Assembly (NCBI GenBank): GCA_963663525.2
Contig: CAXXHC010000001.1
Coordinates: 1,030,572 to 1,094,571 of the forward strand
From: Myxococcota bacterium
Lineage (GTDB): Bacteria; Myxococcota_A; SURF-8; G963663525
DNA length: 64,000 bases
Direction of reading: 5' to 3'
Numbering within the stretch: position 1 is the first letter of the stretch; every line of letters starts with the position of its first letter. This document shows positions 47,231-56,588 of this stretch, piece after piece. The notes below the pieces were generated by a model, which saw only the letters and a program-made list of their open reading frames with translations, was not told where the DNA came from and searched no databases. A program made the translations under genes and the position numbers.

Positions 47231-47325
47231 GAGTGATTTCGCGAAGCGAAATCGTATCGAAGGGGTGCGGATGTCACGGGGATTCCTCGATACACCGCCC
47301 TTACGGGCGGCACTCGGAATGAGCG
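47231..47325 (+). repeat. Intergenic repeat of about 95 bp; inverted copy of 2452..2534
   Basis: See 2452..2534. Contains caccgccc-ttac-gggcgg hairpin. Confidence 0.6.
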
Positions 47326-47390
47326 CTTGTCAAAGACTTCCCGTTCGTTCCTGAAAACTGCCGAGCTTTGCGGGACACGAACTCGGAAAT

Positions 47391-47417
47391 GTCGGGTAAA
47401 ACAATTACCCGACCTAC
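47391..47417. repeat. Hairpin repeat gtcgggtaa-aacaa-ttacccgac + ctac, downstream of the activase gene stop (minus strand)
   Basis: Perfect 9-bp stem. A related copy at 39755-39781 overlaps the ftsX stop. May act as a minus-strand terminator. Confidence 0.5.
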
Positions 47418-47451
47418 ACTGTTATAAAAAATTCTCAGGAAATTCAAACAC

Positions 47452-48216
47452 TTACAGAACCGCCAGCGCCGCTCCCAGTGCGCCGACGAGTTGCGGTTGC
47501 GGCAGCACGTGGACCTCGGCGCCGAGTTGATGCTTCAACTCGCCCACCATCGCCGCGTTGAGCGCCACGCCCCCGCTCATCATGACTTTCGTTCCGGGCG
47601 TGACATTCCCCGCCAGCGCGCCGACCCGCGAGGAAAGCGAACGGTGCAGGCCCTTGAGGATGTCGTTTACGTCCTCGCCCTGGGCCACCAGAGAGACGAC
47701 CTCGCTTTCGGCGAATACGGTGCAAGTGCTTGAAATCGGGATGGCTTTTTCCGCTTTTTCGACGCGCTTGGAAACCTCCACGATGGGTACGTGAAGGCGT
47801 TCGATGATGACTTCCAGAAAGCGGCCCGTTCCGGCGGCGCATTTGTCGTTCATCGCGAAATCCGAGACGCTGCCGTCGGCGTCGATGTGAATGACCTTGG
47901 TGTCCTGCCCGCCGATGTCGATCAGAATGCCCGGTCCGTGCATGTGGTGAAAAGCCCCTTTGGCATGGCAGGTGATTTCCGTGAGAATCCGGGCGTTTTC
48001 GACGCGCTTGCGTCCGTAGCCCGTCGCCGCGATGGGCAGATCTCCCTCGATGCCCGCCTCCCGCTTGAGCTCTTCCAGCGCCCGTCGGGTCTGGATGTCG
48101 ATCAGCGGGTCCGTGGGTTCCACGTGGGAATGCAGCACGGCTCCATCCTGGTCGACCACGACCGCTTTCCAGGTGGTCGATCCGATATCGATTCCGATGG
48201 CGGCGGGGCTACTCAC
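47452..48216 (-). CDS. 2-hydroxyacyl-CoA dehydratase / benzoyl-CoA reductase-type activase (BcrAD_BadFG ATPase)
   Basis: IGIDIGSTTWKAVV, DIGGQDTKVI, NDKCAAGTGRFLE, SGGVALN. The start overlaps the upstream gene by 8 nt. Confidence 0.85.
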   Translation of the reverse strand: MSSPAAIGIDIGSTTWKAVVVDQDGAVLHSHVEPTDPLIDIQTRRALEELKREAGIEGDLPIAATGYGRKRVENARILTEITCHAKGAFHHMHGPGILIDIGGQDTKVIHIDADGSVSDFAMNDKCAAGTGRFLEVIIERLHVPIVEVSKRVEKAEKAIPISSTCTVFAESEVVSLVAQGEDVNDILKGLHRSLSSRVGALAGNVTPGTKVMMSGGVALNAAMVGELKHQLGAEVHVLPQPQLVGALGAALAVL

Positions 48217-49528
48217 CGAAACTCTCCATGAAGGCTTGCAGGCGCGTTTCGCCCTGCTCGCTGGAATACAGACGCTGGTCGGAGTGGTCCGCTTCGAGCA
48301 CGATGGCCTTGATGCCCGCCTCCTCGGCCAGGCGGCGCTTGACGTCGATCTGACCCACCGAATACGGTTTGCAGGAGCGGTCCGAATGCAGCACCGCGCC
48401 CTGGGCGCTGTATTCCTCTGCCAACTGTTTCATGGTTTCGAGCCGGTTTCCCAGATCCCGGTTGAGATACACCATCGTATAAGCTTTGGCAGCGGATAGG
48501 ATGGGATCGTTCGGTTCGATCATCCGTCCCGCTTCGGCCCAAGCGTTGGAGTAGGTGGCAGTGACGAAGTTGAAACCTCTTTCCGCAAACAAGGTCGCCA
48601 ACTCCCGCACGTTGAACCAGATCGGCAGGTTGTCCCACAGCAGGCGGACTTTTTCGTTTTTGATGCCGCCGATGCCGCGCTGCACCCGGTCGTCGAGTTC
48701 ATCCTTCAACTGCCGGTAGTAGGCGTTGCACTCCTTCGTGCCGCGAATGCTGACGATGGGGGCGATGTGGAAAAAGGTGTCGAAGCCGGTCCAGGGCGCT
48801 GGTTTGGCGCGGGCGGTTTCGAGGCACTGGCCCCAGAGGTCCGAGCCTTCGAGCGCCACGTGCATGATTTCCACGAGCTTTTCGTGCTCCACGCGGCGAC
48901 CGCTGATCCGGCTGCCCACCTCCATCAGTTCTTCCAACTGGTCTTTTACGTAATCGACGTGGTGTTCGCTCATGCCGCCGTAGGCGAAGGGCGTGTCGAT
49001 CACCACCAGCGGCACCTGGAAATATTCCGCCAACGAGCGATACCAGTAGAGCACGGTCTGGCAGATGTTCGTGCAGCAGGCCAGAAGGTCGGGTTTGGGA
49101 AGACGTCCCACAGGGGTGTTCGTTTTCAATACATTGCCGATGTCGGTACGGGCGTAGCTGCACAGGTCGAGCTTGTATCCCTCCTGCTCGGCGGCGGCGG
49201 AAATATCCGGCACCATGTGCCGCGCCCCGCAGAGCGCGGCGTGGTTTTCCGGGTAAATCACGTAATAGCCCAGCAGTTTGAGCACTTCGGACGGAAAGCC
49301 GCTCGTGACCCAGGCCACCGGCACCGCCCCATCGGCGTAGCGCCCCTGAAAGTAGTGCAACATCATGATTTCCTTGAGCTTTTGCACACTTTCAAGGGGC
49401 GGTCCGAAGGGGTTTTCCCTCGGTTTGCGTCTTGCGGCCTTGCGCTTGGATTGCCAGCGGTCGAGCGCCATCAGGAAAGGGCCCACGGCCCGTCCGGCCA
49501 GTTCGAATTGCAGTCGTCGGGAAATCAT
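48209..49528 (-). CDS. 2-hydroxyacyl-CoA dehydratase family subunit (HgdA/BcrB-like), 440 aa
   Basis: Start set at the ATG at 49528 (MISRRLQFELAGR...). ..VAWVTSGFPSEVLKLLGYYVIYPENHAALCGA.. and ..DLLACCTNICQTVLYW.. are typical of PF06050-type proteins. The track's 616-aa version overlaps the upstream gene and is rejected. Confidence 0.75.
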   Translation of the reverse strand: MISRRLQFELAGRAVGPFLMALDRWQSKRKAARRKPRENPFGPPLESVQKLKEIMMLHYFQGRYADGAVPVAWVTSGFPSEVLKLLGYYVIYPENHAALCGARHMVPDISAAAEQEGYKLDLCSYARTDIGNVLKTNTPVGRLPKPDLLACCTNICQTVLYWYRSLAEYFQVPLVVIDTPFAYGGMSEHHVDYVKDQLEELMEVGSRISGRRVEHEKLVEIMHVALEGSDLWGQCLETARAKPAPWTGFDTFFHIAPIVSIRGTKECNAYYRQLKDELDDRVQRGIGGIKNEKVRLLWDNLPIWFNVRELATLFAERGFNFVTATYSNAWAEAGRMIEPNDPILSAAKAYTMVYLNRDLGNRLETMKQLAEEYSAQGAVLHSDRSCKPYSVGQIDVKRRLAEEAGIKAIVLEADHSDQRLYSSEQGETRLQAFMESFGE

Positions 49529-49536
49529 GAATGCTC

Positions 49537-50628
49537 CTACTTTCCGCTTTGCGCCATTTCCACGAAGGCCTCCAGCCGGGTGACGGTCTGGCCGCTCAGT
49601 TCCGCTTCGAGTTCGCTTTCCATATACAGCACCGGGATTTTTTCCGCCGCGAAACGTTTTTTCAGGTGCGGCAGGTCGAACATCTCCGGCTCGCAGAATT
49701 TCACGTTGTGGAAAACCACCCCGCGCGCCCCGCTTTTTCGGTACATGTTCATGAGGTAATTTCGGCGGTGATCCACCAGCGCAGCCCTCGTGGAGCAGGG
49801 CGGAAGGCTGAAATAGAGATCCACCAGCGTATCGAAGGGATCGTCCGCCACGTCTTCCGGTTGCAACCGGGAGATACGACGACGCAGCACGGCGTAATCG
49901 TCGGCCACCACGAAGGCTCCGGCCTCGGCGAGGTTGTCGAAAATCGACATCGGCTCGGGCACGATGCCCGTTATCATCAGCGGCACGCCCTCCTGCACCG
50001 GTTCCTCGGCGATTTTCTCCTCCAGCTCTTCGAGGACGGCAAGGAAATCTTCCGGCCACAGGTATTCACCCTGGCGCAGCAGTCCGTAAAACTCCCGGTC
50101 GTCGAGCTTGATGTACGGACGTTTGTCGAGCAGATTCAACAACTTGGCGTCGATCCGACGATGAAGCCGGATCGCGTCGGCCAGTTTCTCATTGTCCAGC
50201 TTCGCTCCGGCGAATTCTTCCAGACGCGTGCAAAGCGCCTGCAATTCCCGCTTGACGTACTTGCGTGAGCTGGCGCGTTCGTCGCCTTTGGGATGAATGA
50301 AATGAAACACCGGCTTTTCGTACCCGGCGAGGTCGGGAAGCAGGGTAGCCAGCCCCTGGATGGAATCGCAAGTGTGCGGAAACAGTAGGGCATCCAGCGC
50401 TTCCCCGCCCTTGTCGGCCAGAAATCCCATGGCGTTGCGCACGACCGGGCAGACGTAGGTCTGAATCCTCCCCGCTTCCACGCTTTTCGGCGGGCCGGGC
50501 GGCCCCCAGATTTCCACGCTGTACAGCCCCAGGGCCGTCAGCAGTTCCTTGGGAAACCAGATCGGCAACACGCCGACGACTTTGCGCCGGTGCTCGTCTC
50601 GCTGCTTGGCGATGTAGGATTTGCGCAT
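49537..50628 (-). CDS. 2-hydroxyacyl-CoA dehydratase family subunit (HgdB/BcrC-like), 363 aa
   Basis: ..VVGVLPIWFPKELLTALGLYSVEIWGPPG...YVCPVVRNAMGFL...FPHTCDSIQGLA.. The conserved Cys pattern is as in D-component subunits. Confidence 0.75.
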   Translation of the reverse strand: MRKSYIAKQRDEHRRKVVGVLPIWFPKELLTALGLYSVEIWGPPGPPKSVEAGRIQTYVCPVVRNAMGFLADKGGEALDALLFPHTCDSIQGLATLLPDLAGYEKPVFHFIHPKGDERASSRKYVKRELQALCTRLEEFAGAKLDNEKLADAIRLHRRIDAKLLNLLDKRPYIKLDDREFYGLLRQGEYLWPEDFLAVLEELEEKIAEEPVQEGVPLMITGIVPEPMSIFDNLAEAGAFVVADDYAVLRRRISRLQPEDVADDPFDTLVDLYFSLPPCSTRAALVDHRRNYLMNMYRKSGARGVVFHNVKFCEPEMFDLPHLKKRFAAEKIPVLYMESELEAELSGQTVTRLEAFVEMAQSGK

Positions 50629-50897
50629 CGTTCTCCTCGGTGCGACGAAAAATGTTTTTCGGGAACCCTGGTGGTCTCGTGCTTCCAGGGAATGGAGGCG
50701 CGAGCGCGTCTTCTACCGGAAGTCAGTCTATCGTCAAAAGACCCGACCGGCCAATGAAATTTCCATGAATCTCCTGAAAAAATGTGGAAAAAAACGATTT
50801 CTTGCAACACCTTGATTCGCCTGCATTCGGGCGTTTTCTTTGGTTTTCTGTTTCACGTCGTTGGAAAGCTTTTCGAGCGTGTGATTTGCGACTCGGT

Positions 50898-53405
50898 TCA
50901 CCGGGTACGGGCGAGAAGGGTGGTGTCCAACTCGGGATGCATATGCGTCAATGCCTTGAACAACCATCGCTCGTCGGCATGGAGTTCGAGAATGGACGGG
51001 TAGCGATAGTCGCTGATTTCTCGGTGCTTCCGGCCTTTGGCCTGGCCGATGACCATTCGTCCGGTTCGGTCCGTGGTGGTTTTCACGTACAGCACGCTTG
51101 CGGGTAAGGAGCCTAAGTTGGAAGCTCCTTCCAGGTCGGTGACGAGCCGCCAGTATTTTTCATGGTCGATGGCGACAAACATGCGACGCAGCGACTGGAC
51201 GGGGGTTTTCAGAAACAACGCAACGTGTCTGTTCCGGCAGTCGTTTTTCATTTTTTCATACAATTGCCCGGAAAGATGCAAAATGGAGTGGTCGATGGGC
51301 CGGACGTAGGAAGTGGGCTTTTTATTCCAGTCTTCGTAAGGGTGCGCCACGAATCGGTTCGTCCGCCATGCGTTGCACGTCGTGTCGTTCATGTCGGCCT
51401 GAACGGTGTATTCGATCCGGCTGCGATCGATCCAGCTATCGATCGATCTCAACACGGCGACGTACTCGCCTTCGAGATCCAGGATGCGATAGGCCGAGGA
51501 CAGCTTCTTTTTCGGCAGGTCTTCACGCAGAATTTTCACGATCAACAGCGTTTTCTTTTTGGGATCGAGGGCGCGTTCGTCCGTCAGTTCCGAAAAGGAA
51601 AGAAACACCGGAACCGTTTGCATAAACTCTGTCAAATCATGGGTTTGCACGCGAAAGCGAATGTCCGGGTAGCTGTAGCCCCGTGCGGTCAGCTCTTTCG
51701 TGACGGTCTCCACGTCCGTCATCGTCCAGCAGGCTTCGGTGGTATCGGAGCCGTACACATCGTTCGAGCCAAGGCGTTGCAAATACGAATAGGTCCAAAG
51801 CAGGATATTGAGAAATACGAGAAATCGCAGAATGGGTTTGGTCTGAGAGGCGCCGATCCACTCGGAAAGCTTCTCCAGCAAACGCACGACCAGCACCGGA
51901 AGCAGCATGGCAGCGAATGGAAAGACGATTTGGAAGTAATGGTTCCACCAGTAAACGGCTCCGCGCATTCCAAATCCTTGCAGGAAATGCCAGACATCCC
52001 CGATCTTCACGGCGGATGCGATCCAGATCACCAGAAACAGGAAGAGGCCGCTGGAAAGGAAGGCGCTCTGGATCACCCAGCGATCCCGGCGCGTATGATA
52101 GAAGCGCCGAAGACCGGCAGCGAAAGGCACCCAGATGATGATTCCGAACAGCGACAAGCCCAGCAGCGTGGGAAACGCCGCCTCCAGGTATACGAGGTTC
52201 ATGACGTTGATGTAATAGCCTTCGTGGCTGTACACGGACACCAGAAGCGCAAGGACGCAAAGGGGCACGAAAATCGCCCGAAAGGGTCTGCGGGCGTAAA
52301 CGGCGACATAGGTGGCGTAAATCACCACGAGAAAATAGTTGAGGATGTGCCCCTCTCCGGCCAGGAAAAGCGCCAGCAGAGCCAACCACCGATAACGCGC
52401 GGATTTTCGGTGTACGTAAAGCGACAGCGAAGCCATGAACGCCAGAATGAAAAACGAGTTGAGCGAGTCGTTGTAGAGATTGGGAAACAGCGACCAGCCC
52501 AGGACGAGATACAGCGAAAACAGCGCCGTGGCCAGCGCGAAACGGCGTCCGATCATCCGGATGGTGAACAGGTAGACCAGTCCGGTCTGGATACCCAGAA
52601 AACCGACCATCATCAGGTGCATCTGCCGGATCGACACACCAAGCCACTGCAACGAAGCGAAAATGTGGATCGGTAACGCGCCCATCAGCCATCGCCTGCG
52701 CAATCCGCCGCTGATGGATAAGCTATCGAAATCATTGCCCGAAAAATGGCAGCGGATACCTTCGACGCAATCCTTGGCCCACATCTGGTGCTGCACCACG
52801 TCGTCCAGAATCGGTACGCCATGAATTTTGTAGAGCAACGCCAGCACGGTTCCGACACTCAGAGCCAGCGCGATGACACAATGTCTTTTCGTGACAACGA
52901 AAGAGGTGGGAACTTCGTTGTGAGGACCGAGCACATGGGATAATATCGCCTGCATCGAGCGCCGTTCCCCCAGGCGACGAATGCTTTCGGGAATCGGCAG
53001 TGGTCCCGAATACCAGCAGCGTATCGCTTTGGACAAGCGACCGGGGAGCGGAACCGCTAGGAGCCATCCGGCAAGTATCCGGCACAGCAATACCAACAAA
53101 GCCAGACAAATATTGTAGGACAGCATCGAAGTGAGGGAGACGGAGCGGAAAAGATGCTGAATCCACGGAGTTTTCGCCCGGACCAATTCGGACGAATGCG
53201 ACTTATGGTGATTAGAAGAGGAAAACGTCGTGATTTCAGAGGTTTCGAGGTGTCGAGAGGAAAAAGAGGCAGGAAGTTCCGAAAGAGATTCCGAGGCGTG
53301 AGCGGAGGGAATAAAACGCGCTGTTCCCCCTGGGTCGGTAAAAAATATTATCGCGACGAGCGCTGCAAAACACCATCGCCGGGTCTGTAAACACCACCTC
53401 GGCAT
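50898..53405 (-). CDS. Large polytopic membrane protein (835 aa), possibly a GT-C-type glycosyltransferase; function uncertain
   Basis: More than 12 hydrophobic segments in the first ~520 aa, followed by a soluble ~300-aa domain. No motif recognised with confidence. The antisense ORFs are shadows. Confidence 0.6.
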   Translation of the reverse strand: MPRWCLQTRRWCFAALVAIIFFTDPGGTARFIPSAHASESLSELPASFSSRHLETSEITTFSSSNHHKSHSSELVRAKTPWIQHLFRSVSLTSMLSYNICLALLVLLCRILAGWLLAVPLPGRLSKAIRCWYSGPLPIPESIRRLGERRSMQAILSHVLGPHNEVPTSFVVTKRHCVIALALSVGTVLALLYKIHGVPILDDVVQHQMWAKDCVEGIRCHFSGNDFDSLSISGGLRRRWLMGALPIHIFASLQWLGVSIRQMHLMMVGFLGIQTGLVYLFTIRMIGRRFALATALFSLYLVLGWSLFPNLYNDSLNSFFILAFMASLSLYVHRKSARYRWLALLALFLAGEGHILNYFLVVIYATYVAVYARRPFRAIFVPLCVLALLVSVYSHEGYYINVMNLVYLEAAFPTLLGLSLFGIIIWVPFAAGLRRFYHTRRDRWVIQSAFLSSGLFLFLVIWIASAVKIGDVWHFLQGFGMRGAVYWWNHYFQIVFPFAAMLLPVLVVRLLEKLSEWIGASQTKPILRFLVFLNILLWTYSYLQRLGSNDVYGSDTTEACWTMTDVETVTKELTARGYSYPDIRFRVQTHDLTEFMQTVPVFLSFSELTDERALDPKKKTLLIVKILREDLPKKKLSSAYRILDLEGEYVAVLRSIDSWIDRSRIEYTVQADMNDTTCNAWRTNRFVAHPYEDWNKKPTSYVRPIDHSILHLSGQLYEKMKNDCRNRHVALFLKTPVQSLRRMFVAIDHEKYWRLVTDLEGASNLGSLPASVLYVKTTTDRTGRMVIGQAKGRKHREISDYRYPSILELHADERWLFKALTHMHPELDTTLLARTR

Positions 53406-53846
53406 ACCGTTTATGTTCCGCCCCCCTCGACGGATACAAGCCTTTTCAAAGCCCCGATAGTGCCAAACCTTCCGGGACTTTTCGCTGGATGTAAAAGAAA
53501 ATCAATGGATTGGACTGTAACGTGGGGCCGGAACAAAGTAAAGGCATCGTCGTGAGTTTGTTTCTTGGGAATGCTTTTCCGAGCACCGAACGGTGCGCAT
53601 AGAAGACGATTCCGGCCTGCCTGCACGTTTCAAGGATGCGAAAAAGACTCTAACCGACCGCTTTTTTCCTTCCCGGCATCCTATCAATTAAGTATTGGCC
53701 GAATTTCGGATCGAGCCGCGACGAGACGCAGGCCCGAACGATCCCAATCCTATACTTTATACAATTTCCCGACGTTTTCGAGACGGTGTTTCGAAAACGC
53801 CGGTCAAGGTATCGAACCGGTTTCTGTTTGCGAAAGAAGGGCGATC

Positions 53847-55457
53847 ATGGCGAATTCGCTGGTGATAAACTGTACCCCGCAGGAAACCCGCGTCGCACTG
53901 GTCGAGAACAACGCCACTGTGGAATTGTTCATCGAGCGTACCAAGGACAGGGGTTATGTAGGAAACATTTACAAGGGTCGCGTCAGCCGCGTGCTGCCGG
54001 GGATGCAGGCCGCATTCGTGGATATCGGCCTGGAAAAAGCGGCGTTTTTGTACGTTTCGGACGTGTTTTCCCCCGATTACGACTATTCCAGCTTCGTCAA
54101 TCGGAATGGCGAAGAATACGAAAATGGCGATGGCGAGGACGACAAGGACGTGCAGAACCGTCCCCAGGGAAGACAGAATCCCCGTGTAGAGGGAGATTCC
54201 TCGCCCGTGCCCGTGCGTGTGATGCACATCGAAGACCTGCTCAAAGAAGGGCAGGAAATCATGGTCCAGGTGGCCAAAGACCCCATCGGCACCAAGGGTT
54301 GCCGGGTCACCACCAACATCAGCCTGCCGGGTCGTCACCTGGTCTACATGCCCTACATCGACCACATCGGCATTTCCCGGCGCATCACCGAGGAATCCGA
54401 GCGCGCCCGGCTGCGCGATCTGATGGACAAAATCCGCCCGACGGGCAGCGGTTTCATCGTCCGTACGGTCGCCGAAGGCATGAACGAAAAGAAGCTCCGC
54501 GCCGACGTGACGCTGCTCGTCAATCTCTGGAAGAAAATCCAGGTCGATCACGACAAATCACCCGCCCCGGTGATTCTTCACTACGATATGAACCTGATAT
54601 TCCGTGCCGTGCGCGACCTGTTCACCAGCGACATCGACCGGCTGATCGTGGACGACCGGGACCAGTTCAACGAAATCACCCGCTTCATCAAAACCTACAT
54701 TCCGAATTTCAAGTACAGTCTCGAATTGTACGAAGGCAGCGAACCGATTTTCGACCACTTCAGCGTGGAGGTGGACATCAACCGGGCCTTGGGCCGGAAA
54801 GTCTGGCTGAAATCGGGAGGTTATATTATCATCGACCAGGCCGAGGCACTCACCGCGATCGACGTCAACACCGGGCGGTTCGTCGGCAAGCGCAACCTTG
54901 AGGACACGATCCTCAAGACAAACCTCGAAGCCATCAAGGAAATCGTCTATCAACTGCGCCTGCGCAACATCGGCGGCATCATCATCATCGACTTCATCGA
55001 CATGGAGCGCGAAGCGCACCGCGAGAAAGTCTACAGCGATCTGGAAGAGTCGCTCAAAGCGGACAAGGCCAAAACCCACGTGCTGAAAATCTCGGAATTG
55101 GGCCTTGTGGAAATGACGCGCAAGCGCATCCGCGAAAGCCTGGGCCGAACCCTGTGCGAACCCTGTTTCTACTGCGACGGCAAGGGTTATCTGAAGAGCA
55201 AGACGACGATCTGCTACGAAATCTACCGGGAGGTCAAGCGCGAAATCGGCAACGTGCAGGGCAGCGTCGTGACCATCAACGCCCACCCGGAAATCGCCGA
55301 CATGCTAATCGACGACGAAGCCGAGATGATCGCCTTTTTGGAGCGCAGGTATAAAAAGAAAATCCACGTACGGGCGCTCAACTTCTTCCACCTCGAACAA
55401 TACGAGGTCATCGAGCGCTCTTCCATTGCCGGGCCTCGCGGTCGAGGGCACCGCTGA
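53847..55457 (+). CDS. rng: Ribonuclease G/E family endoribonuclease (Rng/CafA-like), 536 aa
   Basis: ATG at 53847. S1 domain VGNIYKGRVSRVLPGMQAAFVDIGLEKAAFL. ..GSGFIVRTVAEG.., ..GGYIIIDQAEALTAIDVNTGRF.., ..NIGGIIIIDFIDM.., ..CEPCFYCDGKGY. Confidence 0.9.
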   Translation: MANSLVINCTPQETRVALVENNATVELFIERTKDRGYVGNIYKGRVSRVLPGMQAAFVDIGLEKAAFLYVSDVFSPDYDYSSFVNRNGEEYENGDGEDDKDVQNRPQGRQNPRVEGDSSPVPVRVMHIEDLLKEGQEIMVQVAKDPIGTKGCRVTTNISLPGRHLVYMPYIDHIGISRRITEESERARLRDLMDKIRPTGSGFIVRTVAEGMNEKKLRADVTLLVNLWKKIQVDHDKSPAPVILHYDMNLIFRAVRDLFTSDIDRLIVDDRDQFNEITRFIKTYIPNFKYSLELYEGSEPIFDHFSVEVDINRALGRKVWLKSGGYIIIDQAEALTAIDVNTGRFVGKRNLEDTILKTNLEAIKEIVYQLRLRNIGGIIIIDFIDMEREAHREKVYSDLEESLKADKAKTHVLKISELGLVEMTRKRIRESLGRTLCEPCFYCDGKGYLKSKTTICYEIYREVKREIGNVQGSVVTINAHPEIADMLIDDEAEMIAFLERRYKKKIHVRALNFFHLEQYEVIERSSIAGPRGRGHR

Positions 55458-55463
55458 GTCGCA

Positions 55464-56588
55464 TTATCCTTCGATGACTTCGACGTTGGCGCGGGGCACG
55501 ATGGCGCGTTCGCCTTCCTGAAAAACCACTTCCAGAACACGAACCTTGGTTTCGCTTTCCAGCGTGGCCAACTCGGCGGGAAGTTTGCCCACCTTGCCGA
55601 TACGCCCGAAATACGGCGTGCGAATGCAGCGTACCGGCATCCCCGCCTCGAGAATCGCCCCCTCGTCCTTGCGGTGTTCCTCGCGTTTTTCCACGTCCAG
55701 CGGAATGATGACTTCGGGCCGGATCACCCCGGCGCGGATCTGTGTGGCTCCGTTGATCGACACCGGGCGTCCTTCGTGTTTTTTCAACAGGTTCCAGGTC
55801 GCCTCGGCCATGGCGATATCTCCGAAACCTTCCGTGACCAGCAACGTGACGCCGAGCTTTTCCTGCCCGGTGATCGCGACCCCGAGATCGTAGCCTAAAA
55901 AATCCCGCAGGTCGCGGTCGTCCAGGCCACCGGTGACGATTCCTGCCACACCCATTTCCACGGCGCGGCGGACGGCTCCGGCGGTGGTCATTCGTCCGGC
56001 GACGATCACTTTTTTTCGAAAATTTTCGGAAATCCGTGCTTTATCAAGCACTTCGTTCGGTCCTTCGACCGCCAGCGCCAGTTCGCCGCCGGTTTCCCCG
56101 CCGACACCGAAAATTCCCTGAATGAAGCCCACGGATGATTCGATAACGACGCCCTCGCCTTCCTCGACCTCGACGACCTGCCCCGGAATGTAGGCGTTCA
56201 CCTCGACCGGCAGCGGACGGCCCCGTAAAATCACCTGTCCGGTGACGGTGGAGATGTTTTCCACCGTGCCATCGATGGGCGAGGTCGCCTCGGAGCGAAA
56301 CAGGCCAAAAAAGCTTTTGGATTCGGCGATTTTCTCCCCGGCGGAAACGGCGTCTCCGTTTTTCTTGAGCATCGCCAAGCCGATTTCGCGAGGTTCCAGA
56401 CCAAGTTGGTTGGCGATGTTGACCGGGAAGACGTCGCCGGGCAACTCGGTGCGCGCCACCACGTCGTCCGGTTGCACGAAGGCTCCCGATTTCACAACAA
56501 CTTCGCCCTGGATGGGCAATCTTCGGCGTTTGCGGATGGTGGTGCGCGCGGTGACTTTCAATCCCGGCGTGTAGGCATGACCCATCAT
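55464..56588 (-). CDS. Conserved hypothetical protein (374 aa) co-transcribed with the GlmL-like ATPase
   Basis: The start overlaps the upstream stop by 4 nt (56585-88). The N-terminal half looks like a barrel-sandwich hybrid-type fold and the C-terminal half is Gly-rich and Rossmann-like (tentative, pattern only). Confidence 0.6.
   Translation of the reverse strand: MMGHAYTPGLKVTARTTIRKRRRLPIQGEVVVKSGAFVQPDDVVARTELPGDVFPVNIANQLGLEPREIGLAMLKKNGDAVSAGEKIAESKSFFGLFRSEATSPIDGTVENISTVTGQVILRGRPLPVEVNAYIPGQVVEVEEGEGVVIESSVGFIQGIFGVGGETGGELALAVEGPNEVLDKARISENFRKKVIVAGRMTTAGAVRRAVEMGVAGIVTGGLDDRDLRDFLGYDLGVAITGQEKLGVTLLVTEGFGDIAMAEATWNLLKKHEGRPVSINGATQIRAGVIRPEVIIPLDVEKREEHRKDEGAILEAGMPVRCIRTPYFGRIGKVGKLPAELATLESETKVRVLEVVFQEGERAIVPRANVEVIEG

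Noticed and set aside
48209-50059. 616-aa version of the dehydratase subunit ORF
   Set aside because: The N-terminal 176 codons overlap the upstream dehydratase gene in another frame and are R/G-rich nonsense. The internal ATG at 49528 sits 8 nt after the upstream stop and begins the conserved sequence.
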